Notes: a model not told the origin generated them from the sequence alone. Shown: positions 28,225 through 38,835, counted from the stretch's first letter. The stretch is DNA of 64,000 nt from Candidatus Micrarchaeota archaeon (GCA_043827025.1 JBDRPL010000005.1:32001-96000), one strand, 5' to 3'. Numbers and translations: made by a program.

Positions 28225-28755
28225 CTAGATTTTTATAACTTTATCACAGAGCTGGGATATTGTAGGAGTCATCTTTTCAATCTTTGGGTCGTTGATGCCT
28301 ATTGCAATTGCTTTTATTCCAAGTATTTTTGATTTCTTCATTAGGTAATAAAAGAAACGCGTTGTTGTATCCACTTCATTGTAAAGTGTAGTGCCATTTA
28401 TCAAATCAAATATTATGAATTTGAATCTGCCAGTGTTCAGGTTTTTCGTCATCAATATAGATAGTTCTGTAAGTGATCCTGGGCTTTTTATCCTTGTAAG
28501 TCCTTCTGCGTCGTTTTTTCCAGTTGCAATTATTTGAACCTTGGATTTATCTATGCCCTGTTTTTTGAAATCCTCAAGTATCGAATTGAAATCTTTGTTA
28601 GTACTTACATATATTCCAGCCATCTTTTGCTTTGAAATCAGGTTTTTCAAGAGTTTTGATGAAAGATAGGCGTAATCTTCAGTATTGGTCAAAACAATGG
28701 CGCTGTTTATTTTTTTGATTACACCCAACTCGGAATATTGGTTCTTCATGTTCAC
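28225..28755 (-). CDS. Inactive KaiC-like (RecA-fold) domain protein
   Basis: GIYVSTNK, PGSLTELSI, FIIFDLI...LYN, QLCDKVIKI; no Walker A. Confidence 0.7.
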   Translation of the reverse strand: MNMKNQYSELGVIKKINSAIVLTNTEDYAYLSSKLLKNLISKQKMAGIYVSTNKDFNSILEDFKKQGIDKSKVQIIATGKNDAEGLTRIKSPGSLTELSILMTKNLNTGRFKFIIFDLINGTTLYNEVDTTTRFFYYLMKKSKILGIKAIAIGINDPKIEKMTPTISQLCDKVIKI

Positions 28756-29324
28756 TGCCTCTTCCTGCCATATTGCTCGTAAAACACCAATTCTTCCAAG
28801 GATTTCCTTTCCTTTTCTTTCTGATATGCTCCTTTTTTCTCATAACCAAGGCCAATGCCAAGTATCGCTTCCTTATCTTTTGGAACGTTCAGGAGCCTGT
28901 TCGTTTCATTAACCTTGAGCGAAAGGATGCAGTTGCCAATGCCAAGCGAAGTTGCCTCGAAACACATGCTTGTCAATGCTGCACCTGAATTAAGATACCT
29001 GTGCTTTGGAAAAATCCCCATTGCTTCTGCATGGGCAGCTGCCTTTTCCTTAGTATGGACTTCTTCGCTCAGTATGACAAGTATTACTTTGGGTATGGAA
29101 TGGAAGAAACCATAGTAAACAGAATCCATTATTTTTTCGATTTTCTTTTTGTCTCTGACCACTATAAAATACCAGGGTTGGCTGTTCAATGAACTTGGAG
29201 ATAACCTGCCCGCCTCAAGAATCTTGGTTATGTCTGTTTCTTTGACATTCTAGTCTGTGAACTCATAGGTTGTCTTCCGTTCATTCGCCAGCTTGAGAAA
29301 ATCGCATCTTTTGTTGAATAGCAT
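28752..29324 (-). pseudogene. Nitroreductase family gene with an in-frame TAG at codon 25 (29250-29252)
   Basis: MLFNKRCDFLKLANERKTTYEFTD*NVKETDITKILEAGRLSPSSLNSQPWYF... otherwise intact. Confidence 0.85.
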
Positions 29325-29333
29325 GTTCTCGCC

Positions 29334-30134
29334 TCAGAATATCTCTGCATCAGGATAAACTTCAATGCCTTCCTTCTTGATCTCCATTGGCAGGAGCCTT
29401 AATGGATGTTCAGTGAAGTCTAATTTCCTTATCTGCAATGCCCTTACGTATATTGCCTGGTCTGATTTTGCTATCAGGTGAAGCATGAATACTCCGTTTG
29501 CAACAAATTCCTCGAATCCGCTTGCAGAGAATGCCCTTTCCCCTTCCTTTACATCTGAAATGGCAAGAGCAGTGCATCCTCTTTTTCGCATTATTGTTCT
29601 AAGCTGTGACAGTGCTTTCCTTACATCATAAGTGCTTTCAAAATATGCAGTTATGAAACTGAAGGGGTTTACAACAACTCTTTTAGCCCCCATCTTTTCC
29701 ACTTCATCTTCTATTAATTCTTTGAGAACATCAAACCTATAAACCTCAGGCCTTAGGACAACTAATTTCTTCTCTTTTATAAGTTTTCTAAGGTCTGGCC
29801 AGTGCATTTCCATTGCTTCTATAACTTCGTCGACTTCTTCTTCTAAGCTAATGTATAATCCTGGTTCGCCATTCTGCGCGCCATAGTAAAGGAACTGCAT
29901 GGCAAAGGTTGCCTTTCCGCTTCCAGAATAGCCTGAAAGGAGATTAAGCGTTCCTACAGGTATTCCGCCTTCAATTACAGAATCAAGGCCTTCAATGCCT
30001 GTTTTGCACCTTTCTTTTTTCTTAGGCTCCTTTTGTGTCTTTTCAATTTTTTCAGCAGTACCTTTTGGAACCTCAGCTTTCTGTTTCATCCTTGCTGCAA
30101 GCTCTTTTGTCTTGTTACGTTTCTTCGAAGGCAT
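29334..30134 (-). CDS. KaiC/RAD55-like ATPase with degenerate Walker motifs
   Basis: TGIEGLD..IEGG, GYSGSGKAT, YISLEE, RVVVNP, EEFVANG. Confidence 0.88.
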   Translation of the reverse strand: MPSKKRNKTKELAARMKQKAEVPKGTAEKIEKTQKEPKKKERCKTGIEGLDSVIEGGIPVGTLNLLSGYSGSGKATFAMQFLYYGAQNGEPGLYISLEEEVDEVIEAMEMHWPDLRKLIKEKKLVVLRPEVYRFDVLKELIEDEVEKMGAKRVVVNPFSFITAYFESTYDVRKALSQLRTIMRKRGCTALAISDVKEGERAFSASGFEEFVANGVFMLHLIAKSDQAIYVRALQIRKLDFTEHPLRLLPMEIKKEGIEVYPDAEIF

Positions 30135-30229
30135 GAATAAAGCACCAATCTAATATTTAAAAATCATACTGTCTTCTGAAATCTGCTGTTTTTCATAAAA
30201 CATTTAAACATTTCCTGTTCATTATACTT

Positions 30230-31381
30230 ATGAAAAGGAATGTCACAGTCAACTATTTTCCTAAACCTAATTTGGATATCGAATTCGTGGAACGAAAGGG
30301 CCTTGGTCATCCTGATTCTTTGACTGATGGAATAGTTGAGTTGATATCAAGGGAGCTTTGCAAGTATTATCTTGATCATTTTGGAACAATACTTCACCAC
30401 AATGTTGACAAGGCTCAGTTGATTGCAGGGAATGTGGTTCGCAAGAAATTCATCAAACCAATCAGGTTTGTTTTGGGAGGAAGGGCAACAGATTCCTTCA
30501 AGGGAAAGAAGATTCCTGTAAAAGAAATCGCAGAAAACTCTGTTGAGTTATATCTTTCTAAGATAGTGCCTCAACTGAAATCTAAAGACTATATTATTGA
30601 TTGCTATATTGCTCCTGGTTCTGCAGACCTTAATGAGTTGTTTTTAAGAAAATCGAAGGTGCCACTGGCTAATGATACTTCTTTTGGGGTTGGCTATGCC
30701 CCCTATTCTGAGCTGGATGCTTTGGTCCTATCTGTTGAGAAATATTTAAATTCAGAGTATGCAGATAGACATTCCTATATAGGGTCCGACATCAAAGTCA
30801 TGGGATTCAGGGAAAACAACAGGATAGGTTTGACACTTTCAGTTGCTTTCATCTCAAAATTCGTTCCATCCATTGACAGCTATTTAAAATACAAGGAAAA
30901 ACTGGCTTCAGATGTTCTAAGGTATGCTGAAAAAACAATAAAAAAGAAGATCATGGTACAGATAAATACTGCTGATGACCCTAAAAACAAGTCTGTTTAT
31001 TTGACTTTATCCGGCACAAGTGCTGAAATGGGGGATGATGGAGAGGTTGGCAGAGGCAATCGGGTTAATGGTTTAATTACACCTGGAAAGCCAATGAGTT
31101 TGGAGGCAGCTGCTGGTAAAAATCCAGTAACGCATGTTGGTAAGCTATATAACATACTGGCATTTGAAACTGCCAAACAAATTTCAGAGGAATTGGATAC
31201 CTATGCAGAAATCTATCTGCTTTCTTTTATCGGGACACCAATCAATGTTCCAAAAGCAGCATACCTAAAGATTTCAAGGAAAAATATAGAAAAGAAAGCC
31301 CAGTATATTCTCTCAAAGAATATCGAGGATATCCAGGATTTGACTTCAAAGCTAGTCTCTGGGAAATTAAGCATTTTCTAG
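30230..31381 (+). CDS. mat: Archaeal-type S-adenosylmethionine synthetase
   Basis: [49 protein letters not shown]. Confidence 0.96.
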   Translation: MKRNVTVNYFPKPNLDIEFVERKGLGHPDSLTDGIVELISRELCKYYLDHFGTILHHNVDKAQLIAGNVVRKKFIKPIRFVLGGRATDSFKGKKIPVKEIAENSVELYLSKIVPQLKSKDYIIDCYIAPGSADLNELFLRKSKVPLANDTSFGVGYAPYSELDALVLSVEKYLNSEYADRHSYIGSDIKVMGFRENNRIGLTLSVAFISKFVPSIDSYLKYKEKLASDVLRYAEKTIKKKIMVQINTADDPKNKSVYLTLSGTSAEMGDDGEVGRGNRVNGLITPGKPMSLEAAAGKNPVTHVGKLYNILAFETAKQISEELDTYAEIYLLSFIGTPINVPKAAYLKISRKNIEKKAQYILSKNIEDIQDLTSKLVSGKLSIF

Positions 31382-31405
31382 CTTTCTAGAGGCGCGTTCG
31401 AGTTC

Positions 31406-31469
31406 GCATCTTAGCTAATACATTTGCTAAGATGTATGCATCCTAGCTAATCAATTGACTAAAATGCAT
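31406..31469. promoter_or_regulatory. Two tandem ~30-bp imperfect palindromes upstream of the AAA ATPase
   Basis: GCATCTTAGC-N10-GCTAAGATGT and GCATCCTAGC-N10-ACTAAAATGC. Confidence 0.55.
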
Positions 31470-31501
31470 ATATTTTTAAAGCAAATAGACTTAATATACT
31501 C

Positions 31502-32728
31502 ATGGACGTAAACCAAGAAATACTGGAGCTTAGTGCAAGGGCAAAGGAAGAGGGAAAAGAATATCCAAAAAAAAGGTTTTTCCATGACAAGATAATGAGT
31601 TATCTGCCAGAGCGAATTTTCATTGCTTTGGTTGGTCCGCGAGGCGTTGGAAAAACAGTAACACTAAAACAAATATTGTCTGAGACTGAGGCCGCACTTT
31701 ATGTCTCTCTTGATACAACAAAACCTGAAAACGGAATATATGATTTTGCAAAAGAAGCTGAAGGAAGAGGCATAAAATTGTTACTTCTTGATGAGGTGCA
31801 CAATTATCCGGGTTTTGATCGAGAACTTAAAAAAATATACGATGTTCTGAAAATCAATGTGATATTTACTTCTTCAGCAGCACTTGCACTTCATGAGTTA
31901 ACCTATGACCTCTCACGGCGCGTAAGGGTATTGCCAGCACCACCATTTTCCTTCAGAGAATTTGTATTTTTTGAAAAAGGAGATAAACCGCCAGCACTAT
32001 CCTTTGACAATTTATTGGATGAGAATTATGCCAAGGAATATTATGGGAAAGTTATGCATGTGGAATATTTATTTGAAAGATATTTGGAAGGTAGAAATTA
32101 TCCATTTACATTGGACAAAACTGATCGATTGCCATTATTTTACAATATCCTTGAAACAATAATAAACAAAGACTTACTTCTCACTGGCAAAGTAACACTC
32201 GAAGAGGCAATAGAAGTCCGACGACTTATGACCTTCATCGGAAATTCACCTGTTGAAGATATGAATTACACGACAATTGCGAAGAATCTTGGAATAACAA
32301 GATACAAAACAGAAAAATATCTTGATCTTCTTGAAAAGGCATTCGTTCTGAAAAGAGTGATTCCTGCAGGCACTAACGTTCTCAAAGAACCTAAAATACT
32401 TTTGGGCCTACCATATCGTCTCCTTTACAAAAATTTTCGTGATTGTGTTGGTGCACTGAGAGAAGATTTCTTTACTGATTCTATGAGATACCTAGGTTTT
32501 GAATTACATTACCTAAAATCCAATAGAGGAGAAAAAATGCCAGATTATGCTGTTAAAGATGTTGTTATTGAGATTGGAGGAACCTCGAAAGGTATTTCAC
32601 AGTTCAAAGGTTTTTCAACAAAAAGAAAAATCGTGTTGACTCATCCAGGAACCATTGATAAAATACACAGACCTTTATTTTTTGCTGGTTTGGTTGACTC
32701 GTATGAAGCGAACACTACTGTTTTTTAG
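31502..32728 (+). CDS. AAA+ ATPase (COG1373-like: AAA_14, wHTH, DUF4143)
   Basis: GPRGVGKT, LLLDEVH, TSSAAL..DLSRR, wHTH region, PD..IEIG-like tail. Confidence 0.85.
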   Translation: MDVNQEILELSARAKEEGKEYPKKRFFHDKIMSYLPERIFIALVGPRGVGKTVTLKQILSETEAALYVSLDTTKPENGIYDFAKEAEGRGIKLLLLDEVHNYPGFDRELKKIYDVLKINVIFTSSAALALHELTYDLSRRVRVLPAPPFSFREFVFFEKGDKPPALSFDNLLDENYAKEYYGKVMHVEYLFERYLEGRNYPFTLDKTDRLPLFYNILETIINKDLLLTGKVTLEEAIEVRRLMTFIGNSPVEDMNYTTIAKNLGITRYKTEKYLDLLEKAFVLKRVIPAGTNVLKEPKILLGLPYRLLYKNFRDCVGALREDFFTDSMRYLGFELHYLKSNRGEKMPDYAVKDVVIEIGGTSKGISQFKGFSTKRKIVLTHPGTIDKIHRPLFFAGLVDSYEANTTVF

Positions 32729-32768
32729 TCCAGTCATATATTTTTCTAGTTTTTAGCCACATTCCAGA

Positions 32769-33290
32769 TCAAATTAAAATATTGCAGGTAACTGCAGGCA
32801 ATCTCCAAGGAACTGTAACTTCTTCTGGCGCCCTACCCTGCCTGAGTATCCTAAAATGTAATTCCGGCTCTCTTCCCTCATGCATTTTTCTGGCAAATTG
32901 TGAGAAAATCTCGCTATTGCTTCTCCATGGGACTATGACTGTTCCTGAGACTGCGCTTTCTATGAGTCGCATTGCTACAGTCCCATCGATTCCAGTTTCA
33001 GAAAAAAGAAGCCTTCCTATATTCCATGGAAGATTTGGAAAAACAGTTCCTGATAAGGAGTAATAACCGCGTACTCCTTCAAAACCGCCTGCGCCATAAT
33101 GCGGTGGATTTGAAAGTACGTGCATCCCTGCAATTTCAGGAGGGATGAAACCGCCTGCGCCACTTAAAAAAGTAGCAGATGCTTCATAGTCCATCGGCAA
33201 AGTATCTAGGGTTAACCCGCCAACGACAAAATCTCTGTGTTCAGCATAAGTTACCTTTGGTCCGCTACGTAATAACAGTTCTTCATCCAT
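32769..33290 (-). pseudogene. Truncated class IV (branched-chain) aminotransferase-like protein
   Basis: HVLSNPPHYGAGGFEGVRGY matches the IlvE N-terminus; no PLP-lysine domain; ends at 173 aa. Confidence 0.55.
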
Positions 33291-33470
33291 GTAAACACCA
33301 CGTAAAATTGCTGCATCTATTTTGCGGGCTCAATTTTTTAAATGCTTTATGAATTTTCTCTGTTATTTGTCGAATATTTAGTTTTGACCAATAAAAAACA
33401 ATTATAAACTTTCATCCTGATATATACTCGAATAGATATTCGAACTTATTATTTAGGTAGGGTTGAGATT

Positions 33471-34388
33471 ATGTTGAACAACGCAGACTGGACAAACAAA
33501 CAAATTGTAATATTGGCTTTTGACCACAGAGGAAGCTTCACAAAGAACCTTTTTGGGATTTCAGGAAGAGGGCCAACTGCTGAAGAATCAAAGAAGGTGT
33601 CAGATTACAAGACAGTCATTTACGAAGGATTCAAGAAAGCCCTGACAAACGGAGTTTCTAAAGATGTTGCTGGCATTTTAGTAGACGAACAATTTGGAAA
33701 AGAGATTGTGCATGATGCAAAGAAAAACGGCTTCAGATTCGCCATGCCGGTTGAAAAATCAGGGCAGGATGAATTTGACTTCGAGTATGGCCAGGATTAC
33801 CAAAAGCACATAAAGGAATTTGACCCTACGTTTTGCAAGATTCTTGTAAGATTGAATCCGGAAGGTGATAGGGCAGTCAATGAAAGGCAGATGAAGCGCC
33901 TTAGGGAACTTGGTGAATTCCTAAAATCCATCAATAAACCTTATTTATTCGAACTTTTAGTTCCTGCAACTCCAGAACAGTTGCAAAGCGTTGGAAATGA
34001 CAAGAAGAAATATGATTTTGAATTACGCCCAAAGCTCATGGCATGGGCAGTTGCAATGGTCCAGGCAGCTGGAATTGAGCCAGATATTTGGAAACTAGAG
34101 GGTGTTGACAGGGCAGAAGATGCAAAACGAATTGTCGGGCAAGTCCAGTCTGCTGGTAGAACGGCAGGTGTTGTTACCTTAGGAAGAGGAGAAGATGCAG
34201 AAAAAGTCACAGAATGGCTTAAAATCGGAGCAAAAATCAACGGAGTCATTGGATTTGCCATTGGAAGGACAATCTTTTGGGATGCGCTTGCAGGCCTAAG
34301 GGATGGCAAATATGACAGGCAGAAAGCAATTGAGATAATCGCTGATAATTACCAAAGATTCGTCAAACTCTGGGTAGGGACCCGATGA
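33471..34388 (+). CDS. DUF2090 class I aldolase-like TIM barrel
   Basis: ILAFDHRGSF, GILVDEQFG, PVEKSGQ, PDIWKLEG, LGRG, GFAIGRTIF. Confidence 0.85.
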   Translation: MLNNADWTNKQIVILAFDHRGSFTKNLFGISGRGPTAEESKKVSDYKTVIYEGFKKALTNGVSKDVAGILVDEQFGKEIVHDAKKNGFRFAMPVEKSGQDEFDFEYGQDYQKHIKEFDPTFCKILVRLNPEGDRAVNERQMKRLRELGEFLKSINKPYLFELLVPATPEQLQSVGNDKKKYDFELRPKLMAWAVAMVQAAGIEPDIWKLEGVDRAEDAKRIVGQVQSAGRTAGVVTLGRGEDAEKVTEWLKIGAKINGVIGFAIGRTIFWDALAGLRDGKYDRQKAIEIIADNYQRFVKLWVGTR

Positions 34389-34411
34389 ATTGAGTTCATA
34401 ATGGTGAACAA

Positions 34412-35356
34412 ATGCAGGATACGATCATTCAAAACAAAGATTTTCAGAATCAACTGCTTCGAGTAACTGAAAAGGCAGCAATCGCATGTTATGAATGGAT
34501 TGGCAAGAAGAATGCGAAGTCTGCAGATCAGGCAGCTGTTGATGCAATGAGAAAGGAATTCAATTTTGTTGATATTGATGGCACAGTTGTTATTGGTGAA
34601 GGAGAAAGAGATGAGGCTCCGATGCTTTATATCGGAGAAAAAGTAGGCAATGGCAAAGGCCCTGAATGTGATATAGCAGTTGATCCGTTGGAAGGAACGA
34701 ATCTTTGCGCCAATAACCTGCCAAATGCAGTTGCAGTGCTTGCCCTTGCCCCAAAAGGCACGCTGTTGCATGCACCTGATACTTATATGGATAAGATAGC
34801 AGTTGGCCCTAAGATCGGCAATGCAGTCTCACTTAAACGATCTGTCAAAGAAAATCTTGAAATCGTATCTCAAAAGCTTGGAAAACCAATGAAAGATGTT
34901 AGAGTGATAATGCTTGAACGCGATCGCCATAAACAACTGGCAAAAGAGGTTATTGATGCAGGCGCTCAGATAAAATATATCTCTGATGGAGATGTTTTCG
35001 GTGCAGTTGCAACTCTTTGGGGTAAAGTAGACATTTTGCTTGGAATAGGTGCAGCTCCTGAAGGAGTGCTTGCAGCATCTGCCCTCAAACCGCTTGGTGG
35101 TTATATGGAAGGAATGCTCAAATTCAGGAATGAAGATGAAAGAAAGAGGGCAATCGCTTATGGCATGAAAGAGCCTGATAAACTACTGACAATCAATGAT
35201 CTTGTGAAAACCAATGAATCGCTTTTTATGGCGAGCGGAGTCACTGACGGAGACTACCTAAATGGCGTTAAAATTGAAGGAAAAATAGGAAAAATAAATT
35301 CTGTCGTAATAGATAAATACGGACACAGAATTATAGAAGAGAGGTTGGATATATAG
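34412..35356 (+). CDS. glpX: Fructose-1,6-bisphosphatase class II
   Basis: VVIGEGERDEAPML, DIAVDPLEGT, APDTYMDK, DGDV. Confidence 0.96.
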   Translation: MQDTIIQNKDFQNQLLRVTEKAAIACYEWIGKKNAKSADQAAVDAMRKEFNFVDIDGTVVIGEGERDEAPMLYIGEKVGNGKGPECDIAVDPLEGTNLCANNLPNAVAVLALAPKGTLLHAPDTYMDKIAVGPKIGNAVSLKRSVKENLEIVSQKLGKPMKDVRVIMLERDRHKQLAKEVIDAGAQIKYISDGDVFGAVATLWGKVDILLGIGAAPEGVLAASALKPLGGYMEGMLKFRNEDERKRAIAYGMKEPDKLLTINDLVKTNESLFMASGVTDGDYLNGVKIEGKIGKINSVVIDKYGHRIIEERLDI

Positions 35357-35362
35357 AAAGAA

Positions 35363-35578
35363 TTAGTTCATCTTTTTCATTTTTTGAGAGCATACTCTTA
35401 TCAATTTAGTTACTCTCTTTCTAGACAATTCATCCAAATCCCTTCCATTTAATTTGGTCAACTGAATAGATATTTCCTGAACTGCTGCCGGGCTGATTGA
35501 GCTGGTAAAGCAGTCTTCGTAATACTGGATATCATCTTCCAGTTTTCTTCTTAACATTCCTGCAGTCATTCTTCTCAT
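35363..35578 (-). CDS. Hypothetical protein
   Basis: 71 aa ORF, GAGG RBS, helical character. Confidence 0.5.
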   Translation of the reverse strand: MRRMTAGMLRRKLEDDIQYYEDCFTSSISPAAVQEISIQLTKLNGRDLDELSRKRVTKLIRVCSQKMKKMN

Positions 35579-35733
35579 ACAACAAAACCTCTCAATAAGT
35601 TTTACAAAAATTCAGAACAATTAACTTAAACAAATATGTTAGATGTTCAAAATAGATGTATTATATATACAACGGAACTCCTTTAAATACCTTTGGTTTG
35701 TAGTTATGAATGGGAATTCACAGCAAATTTGCA

Positions 35734-35982
35734 TTATTTTAGGTTTTTCCTTAGTAAATCCAGAGCTTCCTTTACAGTCTTATTCTTTAGTTTAACTGCT
35801 TCTTTCATATGCTCCCCGCAAAACCACACTTCGTTCGAAGGCTGGTCAGTGAGGCCTGCCCTTTCCAATCTTTTACGCTGTTTTTTATCTTCTTTGGTTT
35901 CCTTGAAACAGACAGTATCATACTTCAAATCAGGAAAGTCTTGTATTCCCCTTCCACATATTGCGCATATTGGAGGTTCCAT
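35734..35982 (-). CDS. Small Zn-finger-like protein
   Basis: CAIC ... WFCGEH. Confidence 0.65.
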   Translation of the reverse strand: MEPPICAICGRGIQDFPDLKYDTVCFKETKEDKKQRKRLERAGLTDQPSNEVWFCGEHMKEAVKLKNKTVKEALDLLRKNLK

Positions 35983-36058
35983 GCTTCTAATTGGTGTTTA
36001 AGATTTAAATGTTTTGTGTGTGTTACATATTTAAATACTTTGAAACACTCTTTAATCT

Positions 36059-36880
36059 ATGATTGCCGTAAATAACAGACCATCCATAATCTTTCTGCGT
36101 TCCAAAAAGCAGTCTGATTCATCTGTTCATTTCAGGGACAGGCTTTCGTATCCCACATACACTGCAATACATCGAACCCCGGAGGAATTCGAATTTCTAC
36201 GTGGCAGAATCTCTAGCATTCCTGATGCAAGGATACGTGTGCTTCAGGTTGGAATCGGAGAGGATCTTGTAGGAGAAACTCTTAGTTTGTTGGATATGCT
36301 GCATAGGACTGGCAAAGAGTATGAAATTACCTGTCTGGATCCAAATACAAGAGTTGTTTTTGGCCATGCATCGCAAAATGAATTCGAATTGCATGCCGAT
36401 ACTTTGTTATCCTGCGGGTTTGATGCAACGAATGCAAGAAGAATTCTCGGGGAAATGCAGATAGTCAGAGATGTACATGAAATATCTGAGGAACCATTAG
36501 ATGACGGATTTCATCGTCTTCAAATGGCAACATTTCGTTTTAATATTTTACCAGGAGTCCTTGATAGGCTTGCATATGTCGTAGGGGATATTTCAGAAGA
36601 TCGATTACCTGGGGATATGCAAGGATTTCATGCAATAGTTTGTTTTCATACGCTTTATCATTTAGAACACGATCCTCGATTAATAATTGAAGCAGTGAAA
36701 AACATGGCTTCTTATTTGCTTAAAGGAGGTTGTCTTGCAATAGATAGTGCCAGGTTTAATGTTTATGGCCTGCTTACGTCTGAATTGGTTCAAGAAATCG
36801 GGTTGAAGCTTGTTTATGATTCAAATGTACATGCAAGGCACCCCTTGAAAGAGAATCCAAGGATATATGAACGAATTTAA
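36059..36880 (+). CDS. SAM-dependent methyltransferase (CheR-like)
   Basis: RVLQVGIG..GETLSL, ITCLD, VVGDI, FHAIVCFHTLYH, LLKGGCL. Confidence 0.6.
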   Translation: MIAVNNRPSIIFLRSKKQSDSSVHFRDRLSYPTYTAIHRTPEEFEFLRGRISSIPDARIRVLQVGIGEDLVGETLSLLDMLHRTGKEYEITCLDPNTRVVFGHASQNEFELHADTLLSCGFDATNARRILGEMQIVRDVHEISEEPLDDGFHRLQMATFRFNILPGVLDRLAYVVGDISEDRLPGDMQGFHAIVCFHTLYHLEHDPRLIIEAVKNMASYLLKGGCLAIDSARFNVYGLLTSELVQEIGLKLVYDSNVHARHPLKENPRIYERI

Positions 36881-36959
36881 TCTATCTATCCTATGGTTAT
36901 TTTCCACGTATTTCTATTTTATAAACCCTTTCTAACACAATCTACAAACATATGATTGG

Positions 36960-38213
36960 TTGATATTTATGACACAAAGAGCTTTGGTTATGCAGGGAGG
37001 AGGACCGACGAGAGTAATTAATTCGACTCTTGTAGGGGTAGCAAGGCAGGCAAGAGTAAGGGAACTTGAATTAATTGGAGTAAGAAGGGGAATTGAAGGG
37101 ATTTTGGGTGATCGACCGAACATCATCCATTTTTCAGACATCAATGATGGTAGATTAGATCTCATTTCCAGAACACCAGGCGCAGCATTAGGCACCACAC
37201 GGGTAAAACCAACTCAAAAAGATTGTGAAAAAATAGTAGATCTTTTGATTGAAAATAATATCAAATATTTATTCTATATTGGCGGAAATGATACTGCACT
37301 TGCAGTTCAATTGATGGATACGTATGCCAAATCAAAAGGTGCAGACATAGTATTTACTCATGTCATCAAAACTATTGATAATGATGTTCCAGTGAATGAT
37401 CATACGCCGGGATATGGCAGCGCTGCTAGATATGTCGCTTCTGTGGTAAGGGGTGCAGCACTTGATAATCTTGCATTGCCAGGAATATATCTTGCAGTTA
37501 CTATGGGCAGAAATGCAGGTTTCCTTACCGCGGCTTCTGCACTTGCAAGAAGCAAAAATATACCTGAACTTGGACCACACATTATTTGTTTGCCTGAAAA
37601 AGAATTTGTTGAATCTGACTTTTTATCTCAAATTCATCAGACCTATTCCCGACTTGGAAGAGCAGTCATAGTTGTTTCTGAAGGAATATGGATTATGAAG
37701 GACGGTCAAAAAGTAGAGCTTACTAAATTATTGAAAGAAGGGTCAAAAAATGGCAATGGAAATGGGGAAGATGGGTTTTATCATCCGCAACTTTCAGGAA
37801 GCGGCGCCCTTGCAGACCATCTTTCTGCCAGAATAACTGCTGAACTCAATATAAGACGGGTTCGGGGAGATACACTTGGATATGCACAAAGAAGTTTTCT
37901 TGAAGGTTATTCAGAAGTTGATTGGAATGAAGCTCTTATGATTGGCGTTGATGCTGTGAATTACGCAGTTGATGGTCACGTATCAGGGTCTGTTGCTTTG
38001 CTAGCGAACAGAGGAGTAATATATCGATCCCACACAACAACCTGTGGGTTATCAGAGGTTGCTGACAAAGTACGGGTTCTTCCAGAAGAATTCATTGCAA
38101 CAAATGGGCATGACATAACTCCTGCATTTATCGAATATCTTACTCCGTTGATAGGGATACCTCTTCTTGAAGTTGACACGTTTCTTCAGGTCGATCGTAA
38201 ACGAAGGCTATAA
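36960..38213 (+). CDS. pfp: Pyrophosphate-dependent phosphofructokinase
   Basis: GGGPT.VIN, YIGGNDT (Asp indicates PPi), KTIDND, MGRNAG. Confidence 0.88.
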   Translation: MIFMTQRALVMQGGGPTRVINSTLVGVARQARVRELELIGVRRGIEGILGDRPNIIHFSDINDGRLDLISRTPGAALGTTRVKPTQKDCEKIVDLLIENNIKYLFYIGGNDTALAVQLMDTYAKSKGADIVFTHVIKTIDNDVPVNDHTPGYGSAARYVASVVRGAALDNLALPGIYLAVTMGRNAGFLTAASALARSKNIPELGPHIICLPEKEFVESDFLSQIHQTYSRLGRAVIVVSEGIWIMKDGQKVELTKLLKEGSKNGNGNGEDGFYHPQLSGSGALADHLSARITAELNIRRVRGDTLGYAQRSFLEGYSEVDWNEALMIGVDAVNYAVDGHVSGSVALLANRGVIYRSHTTTCGLSEVADKVRVLPEEFIATNGHDITPAFIEYLTPLIGIPLLEVDTFLQVDRKRRL

Positions 38214-38259
38214 TCAAGAGATGAAGAACAAATATAAACATTAAGTTAGTATTTCTTTT

Positions 38260-38550
38260 ATGGAAATGCCATCTTTTTCGGAATCTTCTCCGTTTGAAAT
38301 GATAAAAAAAATAAAGGTACCTCATTGTGCACGTGGACCGGCCAGTTGTGAAAAATGCGAGGAAATAAACAAGAAACCTGCAAAATATAGTCTTGTCAAA
38401 GTGGCTTCTGATCCAAATGTTTGTAGGCCAATGACTTACTTTGGAACAGGAAAAACTAGTGTTTTAATGCCCTATGAGGTAGTGAAGGTTTTCTCTTCGG
38501 AAAAGGAAGCAAAGGAGTATGCAAAAAAGAACAAGATAGAAATTCAATGA
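38260..38550 (+). CDS. Hypothetical Cys-containing protein
   Basis: 96 aa; HC..CEKC. Confidence 0.6.
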   Translation: MEMPSFSESSPFEMIKKIKVPHCARGPASCEKCEEINKKPAKYSLVKVASDPNVCRPMTYFGTGKTSVLMPYEVVKVFSSEKEAKEYAKKNKIEIQ

Positions 38551-38562
38551 GGGGAATATGTT

Positions 38563-38835
38563 ATGACAATCGTTCGAGATGGAGTGCTACAATGCAAGTT
38601 CTGCAAGGGATATTTTGTAGGTTCTGTGAGTTTCTTTGTTCATATTGGCCCTGACGGCAAATCAGATATGAACACTATGGCGCCCAAGATCTGTCCTTAT
38701 TGTAAAAAGGAGCTGAAGTATGCAGATTGGGGTGAAAATATAATGTATAATCCAACGCTTCAGCCAAGATATAATAAAATGAGTGAGAAGGAAGCTTACA
38801 AGAAAGTGAAGGAATCGCAGGATAAGGCCAAATGA
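38563..38835 (+). CDS. Zn-ribbon hypothetical protein
   Basis: CKFC...CPYC. Confidence 0.6.
   Translation: MTIVRDGVLQCKFCKGYFVGSVSFFVHIGPDGKSDMNTMAPKICPYCKKELKYADWGENIMYNPTLQPRYNKMSEKEAYKKVKESQDKAK

Noticed and set aside
29250..29252. Genome-wide TAG recoding
   Set aside because: rpoD, rps4, EF-1beta, mat and glpX end in TAG at their expected C-termini
29334..30134. Circadian clock KaiC
   Set aside because: Single domain, degenerate motifs, no kaiA/kaiB
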